Both the position numbers and the translations under genes were made by a program. Below the pieces are notes generated by a model. It saw nothing but the letters and a program-made list of their open reading frames with translations. It ran no database searches and was not told the origin of the DNA. Shown one piece after another: positions 1-12,580 of a stretch of DNA of 64,000 bases (its first letter is position 1; each line of letters opens with the position of its first letter). The DNA is taken from the NCBI RefSeq assembly GCF_016433145.1, contig NC_058133.1, positions 423,306,933 through 423,370,932 of the forward strand. The letters are read 5' to 3'. Origin of the DNA: Gracilinanus agilis. Its lineage: Eukaryota.

Positions 1-195
<195 letters not shown>

Positions 196-1490
196 TGACA
201 CACTGGTCTTGCTTTCCCCAAGTCCACATCTGGTGGTCTCAATGATTCAAACATGATATATGTATGATGACTGTTGATGTAATACATTGTGACCAATCCC
301 TAGGGGTCGGCCAGGTTGGATGACTTGACTGCCCCTTCAAGCTTTATGGTCCTTTTACTGGATCCTCTTATAAAAAAGTCATCTAACTTCTCTATGTTTC
401 AGTTTTTCCACATATGGATATTATTAGCTAATAAGTAAGGTATACTTAACAACTAATCCATATTTATGCATATCTTCAAAACATTTTATTTCAGACCCAA
501 AATAAAAATATTGTCAATCCTATATTTTAAAAACTGCTAGTTATATGTATTCAAGTATAGTAAAGATGATATAATGAGGCATAGATGATATGTAATAGGT
601 ATAAAAAAGAAAATTCAGCTTAGTTATTGACCACTTCTCTGCATATTCTCTGCTTCCTTCATCAAAAAATGTGAATAATGTGAAGTTTCATTGAATGATT
701 TCTATAAACTATATATAATTAAAGTATCATTGGAGAAATATTTCTAAAAGACCCTTCTGGAATATAAACCAATAGTGTACATAAGCCTATACAAATTTGG
801 CAACTGAAGAACTTAATAGTCTGTTTTTCAAATTTTAGTTAGGAAATAAAAAAATACTTGTAACTGAGAATTATACAAGAAATATACATATTTTTCTCCT
901 CTACCCCTCTTTATATATCTACCTATTATTTATAAATAAATTATATATTATATCATAATTATAATTATATTATTAATATTATATTGTATAATAATTATAT
1001 ATCATATATGTAATACATATACTATATAAAGTGGCTGAAAATTTGAAGGGTTTGTTCATACTTCACAATAGGCTGTTTTCTTTCTCACTTGTAATTCATG
1101 AGATTTGGCACCCTTTAAATTTTGCCAAAATGTCTACAGTTTAAGTTCTATGATATTCCAAATATATCTTAGATGAAATCATAGATATAGTTTTAAATAC
1201 AGACTGTGGGCAAACTTTTTGATTGTCTTGAATTTCTATTGCTTTGGAAGCAGTCATTCTGAAACTCTACTCATCTTTGAAGACAGAGCTAACTTTTGAA
1301 AATAATAACCAGAATTTAAAAAATTTTATATAGTTCTAATACATATATTTATGTGTACATATGTATATATATTTATATATTTATATTTAGTTATCTTAAA
1401 TGCCCTAAGTCACTTAAAGGAAGACACACTAATAGCCTAGAATAGCTGTGGAAGTTGGCCAATGTACCAATATTTATTAACTAAGTAGCA

Positions 1491-1575
1491 AACCATTCCT
1501 GTATCTTTGCCAAGAAAATCTTAAACAGGGTCATGAAGAGTTGGACATGACTGAAAAAAGACTTAAGAACATCAA
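1491..1575 (+). mobile_element. MAR1-type SINE 3' tail (RTE-derived)
   Basis: aaaccattcctgtatctttgccaagaaaatc..gggtcatgaagagttggacatgactgaa matches the MAR1/RTE tail as recalled. Confidence 0.7.
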
Positions 1576-1783
1576 TGACGTGTCACGAGTCAAGTTCTTT
1601 GTTTTGGCCCCAGGTTTCTCCTCCCACCCCCTCTTCCTTCTTTATGAAGCTCTCCTTCAGCTACATTCTTCCTTTGGCTCTTACACGTTCTCTATTATTC
1701 ACCTTATCTGTCCCACCATCAAGTATAGGGATATTTATTTATGGGATAATAAAGTGGGAGATCTGTAACAATAACAATTCCTT

Positions 1784-1832
1784 ACACATACACATACACA
1801 CACACACATGCGTGCACACACACAAATGCACA
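1784..1832. repeat. Degenerate (CA)n microsatellite
   Basis: acacatacacatacacacacacacatgcgtgcacacacaca. Confidence 0.8.
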
Positions 1833-3482
1833 CAGGGCAGTCATTCATCTCCTGAACATCAACCTTATTTGTATTTTAGAATATAAAAGCAAATCTCCTT
1901 TCCCAGAATTGTTGTGGTTTGAGATTATTGTGAGAAACTTCATTTTGGCTATTGTTTAGCCCTTAGTTGTTTTTTTTTTTTTTCTAGGTGTAAAGAAATG
2001 GATAGACTTGCCAGTAAAGCAAGATTAATGTATTTTCTCAAATTTAAAACTTTCTCAAACCATGGGACTTCTAAGTCCCAAATGGAACTGGACCTTTTGA
2101 GATGTTGAGTTTCATGGACAGCTCCCAAAATGCTCTAGAAGAGGAAATGCTTTTAAACATGTATAAAGCTAGTTCCAAAGCTTTTTGAGCAACAAATGGT
2201 TCTTACCAAACAACTTTCTGATGAGTTAAGTATAAGTCAATCAGAAACATGTGGATTAAATTTCCTTTGAAATACAAATAAATTTAAAGAGTGAAGAGAG
2301 AAAGTGCTTGACAAAGCATGATTTTGTGTTTTGTCTGAATGCAAAGCGTTTCCAAATTAGTTCAAGAAATTGTGCCAAACCCCAAATGCCACTGGGCTCT
2401 ACCCTGGCGAGTCAGAAATCATACCAACACTGGAAACATTAACCATACCAGATGATATCTATTGCATCTATTGTTGCTATGTCCCTGGCTTGTCAACTAA
2501 AAGTACTCTCAGGGAAGTACTCCCTAAATAGAAAGAATAGTTATTATTTCTTTTGACAAAGCTAAAATCTACTCAGACAAAATAAAACAAAGCAAAACAC
2601 AAAACTTTCATCTCTTCTTCAAACCTACAATTTGTACTTTTCTTTAGAAGAGCACTGATTCATCAGAATAGCAAAATCATGCAACTAGGGCTTTGTTTTT
2701 TAAACTGGGAGTCCAGTGGAGACATGCCTTTTGAATACTGTCCTTTCCTAATTCTAGAATATCTTGAGACTCAGCCAAAAATAGACAAGTAAAGCTGCAC
2801 CATCTAACCTTTCCTAATAAACTCAAGCCAAATAAGTAGAACCAAGTTTCTCAATATTTTTTCAATATATTTCTCAATATACTTCTCAAATATTGCAAAT
2901 TATTTTGTCTCTTTTTTGTTGATATTTTCAAGAGAAAATGGGCAAATATTGTTAAAGGGAGCATTTTGTTTTGTAATGGAGTTCTGTGTTCAGGTATCAT
3001 GATGAATGTTACATACACTTAATTCTTAGAGATATAATTCAAGTTCATTGACCTGTGTTTGATATTTTACTAAAATTTTGTGGAAATTTTCTTTTGGAGC
3101 TTCTATATATAAACTTCATTTGAAATTTTTAACCCAGAAAATTCAATGGACAGACGCATTTTTGCAAATTTTTTTCTCCAATTTTTGAATTCACATGAAG
3201 ATGTTGTTAATGTACTCTGTTAATATAGTTATAGATTTATGGCAATATGTGTGTATTTTAACATAAAGCAACTTAATTTTTGAGGGTATCAAGTCAGGTG
3301 CATTTTACTTGTGTTTAGAACAAAATGAGTAATCTCAGTTTAAAATGATAATAAATATAGGAGAAAGCTGTGGTTAGGCTCATCATTTAACTCAGTTTTC
3401 CAAGTTTTATTATAACTCATTTAAACTAAATGGTTAGTAAATACATTTATGTTGCTCCTGGAGATGTGAAACAGTGGCTTGA

Positions 3483-3599
<117 letters not shown>

Positions 3600-3854
3600 T
3601 AGAATTGGAGATTATCTTGGGTCACCTGGATTGGAAAAGGCAAATAGCCTTTCCTGCTTCCTTAGGTCATAACAAAGGCTGAATTTTTTTGGAGGGTTAA
3701 ACAAGTCAGTAGTAAGCTGAGAGGTTGAGAGCTATCTTAGAGATACTCTTTTTTTTCCTTTAGAATATTTGAAATAGAGAAGTAGATTTGTTTTTTTTTT
3801 CTTCCCCTCCCTATTACCTGTGAATATATACTAAAACAAATTACATAATTGAAT

Positions 3855-4082
3855 TTATAGGGATTGGAGCTATTCTTTCTTTGGTATAAGGAGCTCCCAG
3901 GTGAGGCAATTCCCACTACCAATGCAAATTGGTATCTTCTCTGTATCTCAGAGTCTCAGAGAATTGCCTAGAGCACAAGAAGATAAGTAACTTGTTCAGA
4001 GTCATGCAGCCAAAGGGAGGACTTGAATGCCAGCCATATTGCCTTTGAGATAAGCTCTCAACCCACTAGGTCCTCCTGCTTC
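3855..4082 (-). mobile_element. Marsupial CORE-SINE (WALLSI-like; family name tentative)
   Basis: Reverse MIR-like head (taagtaacttgttcagagtcatgcagcc..acttgaatgc) plus body shared with copies near 20.7k, 24.5k, 28.6k, 37.1k, 42.8k and 45.2k. Confidence 0.55.
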
Positions 4083-4260
4083 ACCATTGCTAAGTGACAT
4101 GAAATGTATATATCTCAATATAGCAGCTCTCAGGTTTCCCAGACCCATCCTTTGCAATCTCAACAATATCATTCAAACATATATTAAGGAGAGAATGAAA
4201 TGTGGAAAAGCCAAGTTTCCTTTTTTTCCCTAATTTTCAAGTTGCATTTTCCTAATTTAG

Positions 4261-4329
4261 GAGGTGAATGGATCAAGATTGATGGTTTTTCCATTAAGGG
4301 TCCAGAACCACTTAATGAGACCATGACAG
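4261..4329 (+). CDS. FNDC1: FNDC1 exon ~4 (69 nt)
   Basis: ttttcctaatttag| acceptor; (G)GEWIKIDGFSIKGPEPLNETMT; donor CAG|GTACTA; phase 1-1. Confidence 0.95.
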
Positions 4330-5399
4330 GTACTATTTACTCATTTGGTTCATGTCTCCATTGAAGCACAATCTCCCGAGAGGATTGTGCTTCCCGTCAC
4401 ACACATCCTCTTAATTTTAAACATTTCGTTTAGTTCCTATTGCTAAACTAACACACACGCAGTACATTTTTTGGTCAATCTGTTTTTTTGCGCCTGGTGT
4501 ACCAATCTGCAGTAAATGTTGTCAACCTGTGATTGTTATTTTATGTTCTTCTGTGTGGAAATGTCCAAGTGTCTTTGTTCCAAAATTCTGGTAAACATTG
4601 ACATGTGCTACTCAAATATGATGGTTGAGATGGTTCTATGGACACAATTAGAATGTATTTATTTATCAGACCAGTAAGTGGTATAAATAAATAAGTGGGA
4701 TCCAGGGATAATAGCTTTAAAAGGCAAATCCATTGCCTCAAGGCTGCCTTCATTAAGATCTATAGGCAGTCTAGAATATTCTGGAGGACATCCCTTCCAT
4801 CTCCACTCCATATTTGCTCATTGGCATGTTTTGCTCTAGTTGTCAGTGTCTGCTGGTGTTAATGTTATTTTTCCCTCTAGGGAGAACTGCTGAGATTTTT
4901 TGTTGTGTTTCTTGAATTTACTTTAATGATATAGTAAGAACAGTACAAAGTACTTGAAGTTTTTTTTTTCAGAATGTGGTTGGATAGTATCCTGAAGGGA
5001 ATCCTGTGGAGGGCTGCATTTTAGTCTTATGTACTATATATTTTAAAGTCAATGTGACTTTGTTTGTGAAGAGAAGGTGAGTATTTCAAAAAAGAGATCA
5101 ATCACATTTTGGGGAGGGGGCTCAGATTTTGCCTGTCTAAGTAGTTTTCAAAGTCTTTTTCTGAATAAAAATGAAGATAGCAGAAATAAGGAAATTTTGA
5201 AGGAAACCAGTTTGGGGAACAATGGGAATAAATTGGGTTTAAACATTTTGAGCTTCTGACGACGACTGAATAGCAATGGGAGTTGGTTAGTTCAATGAGG
5301 GAGAAAATATAGAGATAGAAGAGTAAAGGATGAGAATGGAACCTTCAGAAATGTTATACTTGGTGAGAGGAAGATATTTTGAGTGCCTACTATTTGTAA

Positions 5400-6125
5400 T
5401 GTGTGAGATGTTGGGAATACGAAGATAGGTATGACACATACCTATGTGCAGTGGACACCTTGTGAGTAGACATTCTTTATTCATTTATTTATTTTTTAAG
5501 CAGGAAAATATTTTATTTTTTTAGAATATTTTTCCATGGTTACATAATTCATGTTCTTTCTCTCTCCCCCAAATCCCCATGTAAGTAGACATTCTTAAGA
5601 AGTTTACAATCGAATAAGGGAAGGAAGACCTGCACACAGAATATTGTGAGGCAAGGGAGATTATTATGACTATAAAAGGAGAATTCCAGATATGAGATAT
5701 TAGAAGAGGGAGAGAATCACTTTTAGCTGGAGGGTCAAAGGGTAGCCTTCATGAAAGAGTTGGCACCTGAGTGGGATCTTGAAGGGAATTCTACAAAAGT
5801 TTCTCTTTACTGAATTAGCAAGATCATTTCAGGAATAGCGTGAAGAATAAATTAGAGAAGTGACAGATAGTAAGTGGGAAAACAGATTAGGAAATTATAG
5901 TTCTCTGGGCAAAAAAGGAGAAATGAAGGCCTGAGATAAGGTGGCTGCAATGGAAATGGAAAGGAAGGGTGGCTACAAACAACTTTGTAGAAGTAGCACT
6001 AATAAGACATGGTGTATTCTCAGTTAAAAGAAAAAATAGATGAGATCTTCTGATGAAACAGGCCAAAGGATAGAAATGGGAATTTGAAGAGAATGGAAAA
6101 ATTCTGCAATAACTGCTATGAGGGA
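5400..6125 (-). mobile_element. L2 LINE fragment (interrupted by a short L1 piece)
   Basis: Purine-rich antisense L2 3' pattern (aagtttacaatc.., gtgggatcttgaagg.., gaaggcctgagataaggtggctgc). Confidence 0.6.
5478..5579 (-). mobile_element. Severely 5'-truncated L1 3' end with 17-bp TSD
   Basis: ttagaatatttttccatggttacataattcatgttctttc matches the L1 end at 51.4k; flanked by tgtgagtagacattctt / tgtaagtagacattctt. Confidence 0.75.
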
Positions 6126-6189
6126 GAAACACACAAAAGATAAAGGGATTTCTGGGTATTACAAAAAGGCCCTTTTGTAAAGAGATAGT

Positions 6190-6399
6190 GAGGAGACATT
6201 CAAGTAGCTCAGTGGATAGAGAGTCGGGTCTGGAGACAAGGAGCTCCTGGGTTCAAATCTGGCCTCAGACACTTCCTAGTTGTGTGACTCTGGGCAAGTC
6301 ACTTAACTCTGATTGTCAAGCCCTTACTGCTCTTCTGCCTCAGAACCAATATGTAATATTGATTTTGAGATGGAAGGTAAGGGTTTGAAAAAAAAAAAA
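6190..6399 (+). mobile_element. SINE1_Mdo-type tRNA-derived SINE, full length
   Basis: A/B-box-like head (gtagctcagtggatagag..gggttcaaatc), core gggcaagtcacttaac, tail gatggaaggtaagggttt + poly(A). Confidence 0.88.
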
Positions 6400-6971
6400 G
6401 GCAGCATATTCAACAGTCATAGTACAAGGCAGACCTTAGATCCCAGTCAAGTGTGTCCAGAATGTATGTATGAGACTTGGAAAATATGCTATGAACTCTT
6501 TCAAGGTATGTGAGTTTTGTCAATTTTTAAAGGCATTTTGAATGCCAGATATCCATATAGAAAGATTTATTAGGAATCTTATCCCATAAATCAGACATTA
6601 TTGTTGGCAACTGGTACAGTGCCCAAAGTTCTTGGCTTTGGTTCTTTGAATGTGCAATATTTCTTCTTGTGTTTTGTCTGAAACCAAGGATGAAAACATT
6701 CTCTTAATATTCTAGAAGTAGTAGTGGTAGAAAAAACATTTAAGTGCTCACTCTGTGCAAAGCACTGGGGATACAAATGCAAAAGTGAGATAGTCACTGA
6801 CGAGCTGAATAAATTGTGGGTAGAGTGTTAAAACTTTGGGTCAGGAAGACCCAAGTTCAAATCTCACCTCAGATACTTAAAAACTCTATGAGCTGGGTGA
6901 GTTTTGCTTAATCTTTCATCTTGGTTTTCTCATCTTTAAAATGGGAATAAGAGGCAAAGATCCTTCCAGAA

Positions 6972-8230
6972 TGTGGCAGAATCAAGACACAACCCTTATT
7001 GAAACCCCTTTTAATTGTTTAATAAACTATTTTTATTGAGGAAAAAATGTGGAGATAATAATAGTAGCTACATCATTGGGTTGTTGAAAGGATAAAATGA
7101 CAAACATTCTAAACTCTGCAAACTTTGATGTATAAGGATGGGATTTGTGCAAGGGGTATGGGACAAAAGGAGCCAGAGAAGGAGTGGCTGATAGTTGGTG
7201 ACAGTTGAGACCAGAGAGGATTCTGGGAAATTCTCTGGAGAAAGGGGGAGAGGAAAAAGGTTCTGGTGGAGGACATCCCAGCTTGGATTCAGTCCTGAGG
7301 GCTTCCTGAGGATCTTTCTTTGGATATTGAAACCCTAATTCCTTGGTCAAAGATTCCATCGCATCTCACCCAACAAGACTTCAATCATCGAGTCTGCTAA
7401 GTTTGGACTCCATTTTGGGAGTGATCTCTTAGTCTCCTTCACCCATTACCCAATCTTGTTGAGAGACCCTTTCCAGTCTAACTTACAGTTATAGAAAGGG
7501 ATAGAAATAGAAATAGAAATAGAAATAGAAATAGAAATAGAAATAGAAACAGAAGGAGAAGAGGTGAGGGAAGAAGCTTGGGAGTGGGAACCCCAAAGGT
7601 TCCCCACCTGAGTGACAGACCCCATAGAAATAGAGAAGAGGGCACCCCAAATCCTTCTGCTCTTCACCCCTTTCCCCAACCCCTAAATTGCGAATAACAA
7701 AAGCCATTCATTAGTCAGATAGTATTCTAGAGTGCCTGAGAGACAACGAGGGGGAGGAGAATCATGTCTTGGTCTGGCTGCCTCCATCTTGGAGCCAGAC
7801 CACCTGCTGTGAAGTTGACTGACCTTGGGGGAGGCTTGTGTGAACTTTGCCCTCATCCAGAATCAGATTGGGGTACCCCATACCTCATCTTATAGGGAAG
7901 CCTCTCCCCCAACTCCTGTGGGGCAGCACGACCCTCCAAGTCATCCAGTTTAGAGGTGACACCCCCTCGAAGTCTCAGCAGTGTATATTTGGTGTGAGTG
8001 GAGAGCTAGAAGAGAATCTCACCATATAGACTCTCTCTCTCACTCTCCCTTCTATCATAACATTGGTCTCTGGCTCTCCTTATTTTTACAATTTTGGTGA
8101 GCCAGATGTACTATATATATTTAAGCTATTATTCTAAAAGAGTGATACAATCAATACATGCAGAAACGTGGTGTCCAGCAGAGAGTGTTTTGTTTTGGAA
8201 AATCACAGGGAGAGTGAGCAGATCCAGAGG
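6972..8230. mobile_element. Putative ERV LTR-like island (orientation and ends unresolved)
   Basis: Begins TGTGGCAG right after a MIR; GC-richer than flanks; AATAAA on the minus strand at 7032-7037; internal (ATAGAA)n; no TSD found. Confidence 0.35.
7501..7548. repeat. (ATAGAA)8 hexanucleotide microsatellite
   Basis: 8 perfect copies, plus a degenerate copy at 7491. Confidence 0.95.
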
Positions 8231-8467
8231 GGAGTAGATTGATGTACCCTGTCAATTAATAATGGCAATATTGATTTATTTATAGTGCCAGAGCTGGATG
8301 GAGGAGATCCTTCCAACAGTAGGTTGGATGGAGAAAGAATGACTCGGGTGTAGAGTGAGTGTGACTGGAGTCAGCCTACACATAGACTGGTTCTTAAGAA
8401 AGGCATTTACCAACTGGGAGCTCACAGGACCATGGATGGAAGTTTAAGAGCTGAAAATCTCCTGGGA

Positions 8468-8662
8468 AAATGGTGTCCAACTCAACTAGAATCAGGGCCA
8501 CTGAACCATACATAAGAATCCATACAGGTGCCTTTTGACTTAGAATAGCACATGTTAACATCTACATTTTAATGTATTTTAATTCATTTTGTTAAATACT
8601 TCCCAATTACATTGTGTGGTGGGTCCAACACCCCTACTCAAGCACATAACTTTTGGACCATA
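8468..8662. mobile_element. Non-autonomous hAT-type DNA transposon (MITE)
   Basis: Degenerate terminal inverted repeat tggtgtccaa .. ttttggacca; internal ttgttaaatacttcccaattacatt resembles recalled marsupial hAT MITEs. Confidence 0.45.
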
Positions 8663-10083
8663 AATGCCTTCCTTATCTACTTTTAAAACCTATGCCAAGT
8701 AATTCAGGGGCTGTTTGGGTTATAATTATAGTTCTAATCAGAATAAAAGTACAAAAAAATTTCCCTGCACATTTTCCACTGAAAGGGCATTATTTCAAGA
8801 TTTGGCTTACGTGGTAGAAGGCCAATAACCAATGAGCCAATCTTACAGGCAGGGACACATACCAATAAGAGTCACTTCAGGTATTCCAAACATGGTAAGT
8901 GAAGGCAGAATGGATGGTAGAATTTCACAGGTTTTAGTCACTCAGAGCTTGGAGAGAGCCTGGAATTTTCAGAGTTCTGAGTTATGGGAGAAGAGTAATG
9001 GCATAGCTATGTACGACTGGGAATTATTTCATGGCACGTAATAGGAGAATGGGACATATTGTACCAGAATGCTTGACTGTTGGTAGTAGTGGTAGGGAGG
9101 GGATCAGAATCTGCAGGCCTGGGTTTAGAACCAATAGATATGTTCAAGCCTTAGTTCTGCCACGGATATGAATATGGTTAAGTCTAGTATTTTGTTTCTT
9201 CATCAGTAAAATGAGGAAGTTGGTCTATATGATCCGTAAGTTTCCTTCTAGAATTAATTTCCTTCTAGAATTTAATATTCTATAAGTCTATTAGTATACA
9301 CACACCTTTAGTTGGATTTTTAAAAGAAAGTGAGGATCACATTCTGGTGTAAAAGGATGAATGTGGTTATGATTTTATTCTATGGGAGAAGCTTGGCACC
9401 ATTTTGAGAAATGACCATTTATCAGCTGTCAAAAACAGGACAAAACAAAAAACTACTGGTCTCACAGATATTTGTTAAGTTTCCAGATTTTTGCTAGGTA
9501 CAAACCATAAGGTACATTTGATGACTAGAATGGGGGATTAAAAAAATACACAAAGAATCATAGAATCTCAGTGTTAGAAACCCCCTCAAAGGTCATCCAA
9601 TCCATCACTACTTGAGGTAGGAACATTTTATAGAATATCCCCAATTCAGCAAGCATTGATTATTTATTGATTATAATTGCTTTTATAATCAACAAGCCAT
9701 TTCCATTTTCCACTTGAAGATATGTAGTGTTTCACTAACTCAAGGCATTTTTGTATAATCTCTAAGTGCTAGAAGTTTGCATATACATACAGCATACACA
9801 TAATACATATTTATGGATATATACATAAACACACATAACCAGCATTTATCAGAAAGTAGAGGACCTGAACCCAGGTTTTCCCAAATCTAAGAATAGCCAT
9901 TATCCAATATGGCACACTGCATAATAACACATGCACATTACAAACATAAATGAATGGCCATGAGTATATATGTACGTAATACACATATATTTAGTGTACT
10001 GAAAAAAATCAACGAGTCATCAGTATAATGTGGTTGCCCTAAAAGCTAATCCCATCTTGCTTTGAGAGACATAACTTCCTCTT

Positions 10084-10276
10084 CTTTTTTTTTTTTTTTT
10101 AAACCCTTAACTTCTGTGTATTGGCTTATAGGTGGAAGAGTGGTAAGGGTGGGTAATGGGGGTCAAGTGACTTGCCCAGGGTCACACAGCTGGGACGTGT
10201 CTGAGGCCGGATTTGAATCCAGGACCTCCTGTCTCTAGGCCTGACTCTCAATCCACTGAGCTACCCAGCAGCCCCC
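10084..10276 (-). mobile_element. Young SINE1_Mdo-type SINE with 14-bp TSD
   Basis: Poly(T) to ..ctacccagcagccccc; TSD agagacataacttc at 10065-10078 and 10277-10290. Confidence 0.93.
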
Positions 10277-10389
10277 AGAGACATAACTTCTTGAAATAAG
10301 GTGCTGAATATTTTGTACTCTAATCAGCATGATGCTCAGTTTGCAGTTCTGCAGTTTTAGAAGGACATTGTAAAAGTGGAGAGTTTCCA

Positions 10390-10533
10390 GGGGGCAGCTA
10401 GGTGGCTCAGTGGAATGAGAGCCAGGGGACCCTGGTTTCAAATCTGGGCTCAGACACTTCCTGTGTGACCCTGGGCAAGTCACTTAACCCCCATTGCCTA
10501 GCTCTTACTGCTCTTCTTCCTTGGAATCAATAT
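10390..10533 (+). mobile_element. SINE1_Mdo-type SINE, internally deleted, no poly(A) tail
   Basis: gggggcagctaggtggctcagtgg..gggcaagtcacttaacccccattgcctag..ggaatcaata; possible short TSD tccag. Confidence 0.85.
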
Positions 10534-12404
10534 CCAGAGGAATTCAGCTCTAATGATGAAAGGAGCTCAGTTCATGATATATGAGAAGTAGTTGAAGGAA
10601 CATGGGAGACTGACTGTTAGCCTGGAGAAAAGACTCTTTGGGGAGAAGGGGAAGGATGGATAATTGTTGTCTTCAAGTATGTGAAATACTGTCACGGAAG
10701 AGGGATTAGATTTGTTTTGTTTGGCTCCAGAGCACAGGGCCAGGAGCAATAAGCGAAAGTTGCAAGGATAAAAATTTAGGCTAGATGTCTGGAAAAATCT
10801 TTCTAACAATTAGAGCTTTCCAAAAGCAAAATGGTCTGTCTTGAAATGTGGTGACTTCCAGCTCATTGGTGGTAGAGACCAGATGACTATTTGCCAGGTT
10901 TGTTATGGGGTGATTTGTCTCTAGTATGGGTTGAATTAGATAAAGTCCCTTCCGATGCTCAGATTTTGTGCAAATACACACATAGACATATATGAATGTT
11001 CAAACTTGTCATTTTATTCTTGTAAAGATTTCCCTCCATTTATGCAGATCTACAATTTGACTTGTAGAATTAAAGAATTTCCTTGGGGCATAGAGAGGTT
11101 AAATGACTTCTCCAGTGGGCACATAGCCAAGCTTTATCAGAAAGAGGACCTGAACCGAGGTTTTCCCAAATCCAAGACTTGCCATTATCCACTATGGCAC
11201 ACTACATACATAATAACATACGCACATTATATACACTTACATGAATGTCCTCATATATTGTAAGAATTATAATTAATATACATCTCCAAATATTATATTT
11301 AGCTAAGTTTATTAAAATTAACTTGAAACTAAAAGGGAAACTAAAAGGCTAGAGTCAAGAGGGAGCTCATCCAAGCCATGCACATGGAAGATAAAGCGAG
11401 GGAGGAGTTTACAGACCTATATAAACAGTAATGTAAATGAAAAAGGAAAAATTTGGGGAATGAGGAAAGAATTCTGGGAGATGAAGTCCAAAGTACAAAA
11501 TTCCCTAACTATACTATATATGTGTTCATGTGGACCTATATGTATATGAACATTTTCATGCATACTACATGAAATAGATTTTTTTGAATCAGGTAATAAG
11601 CCTGTAAAGCAATAGTTTTAAGTGAATTGATTATTCTTTTTTCTGCAATTTAATTTCTTTCTGTATAATAGTATAAATTAAGAAAGTGGGAAAACATCTC
11701 CTTCTTTATAGCCTAGAATTTTTCTTTATATTTTACTCTGCCTTACCTACACAATGCTAGCCAAAAGCCATATGTGTCTTAACAAGTATTTTCAAATTAA
11801 TTTATTAACAGTCATTATTTATTGCCTTGTTAGGTCATTCAGAATTCTACTACAATAGGAATTCACCATCATGGGCCTTATTTCTTGAGTACTGTTTGAC
11901 CCGAGTTCAGGATTATCAGGGAAAACCAGCAACATTTTATAATAATCACAGTGCTTACTCTTGTCTAACCCTTAAATCAGAGATTCTTGAATGAGCTGAA
12001 GAATTCTTTTATTCTTTGGGGAATTTCTCATTTCTTTGCTTGCCTTCACTCAGATAATCTGGGAACTTCATTATCTGTTACTCCCTAATGTGTTGTCCCT
12101 AACTTCCCTTACAATTATGTGGTTCATTAGCTTCAAAAAAAAGGGGAAACATTTTATAATAGTAAAAAGAAAGCAAATAATCCCCCTGGAAAGTAATGAC
12201 ATGTCAGTGGGTGACTTTTCCTAGTAGTCCTTTCTCAGTAGTCCCCTATAGCTTCAATGATTTAACCATAGTCATGACCTGGGCAGGTTCCCACAGGTGT
12301 TTCTTCTAGGATGGGCTCTCATTGAATCATCTATTAAAGTTCTCCAAAGCCCCCTGCAAGGTGGTACCTTTGGCTGTACCTCATCCTAGCTAAGTAACAC
12401 AATA

Positions 12405-12580
12405 GATAACGTGCTGGGCATGGAGTCAGGAAGACTCGACCTTCTGAGATCAAATCTAGCCTCAGACACTAATCACACACTAGCTGTGGGATTTGCTCCT
12501 GTTTGCCTCAGTTTCCTCATCTATGGGATGAACTGGGGTCACAAAGCGTTGAACATGACTGAACAACATTTCAGACTCCC
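12405..12580 (+). mobile_element. MAR1-type SINE (degenerate)
   Basis: CORE gtttgcctcagtttcctcatct plus tail ggggtcacaaagcgttgaacatgactgaacaac. Confidence 0.7.

Larger units (their letters stand above)
10005..10972 (+). mobile_element. CR1/L3 LINE 3' fragment carrying two SINE insertions
   Basis: CR1 motifs aaaagctaat, gaaggacattg, gtttagcctggagaaaag, gtcttcaagtat, gagggattagatttg; 3' end gtcccttcc..agattttgtg. Confidence 0.85.

Noticed and set aside
900-1030. Extremely AT-rich tracts (also about 25880-25990 and 41945-42010) as matrix-attachment or regulatory elements
   Set aside because: Indistinguishable from low-complexity TA-rich decay without functional data.
1965-1995. Strong acceptor-like poly(T)-CTAG|GTGTAA in intron 2
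   Set aside because: The donor half is weak, no convincing downstream donor was found, and the intron is short; poly(T) runs create such sites by chance.
6190-6260. tRNA-like A/B boxes at SINE heads as tRNA genes
   Set aside because: They continue into SINE core and tail sequence and cannot form a full cloverleaf.
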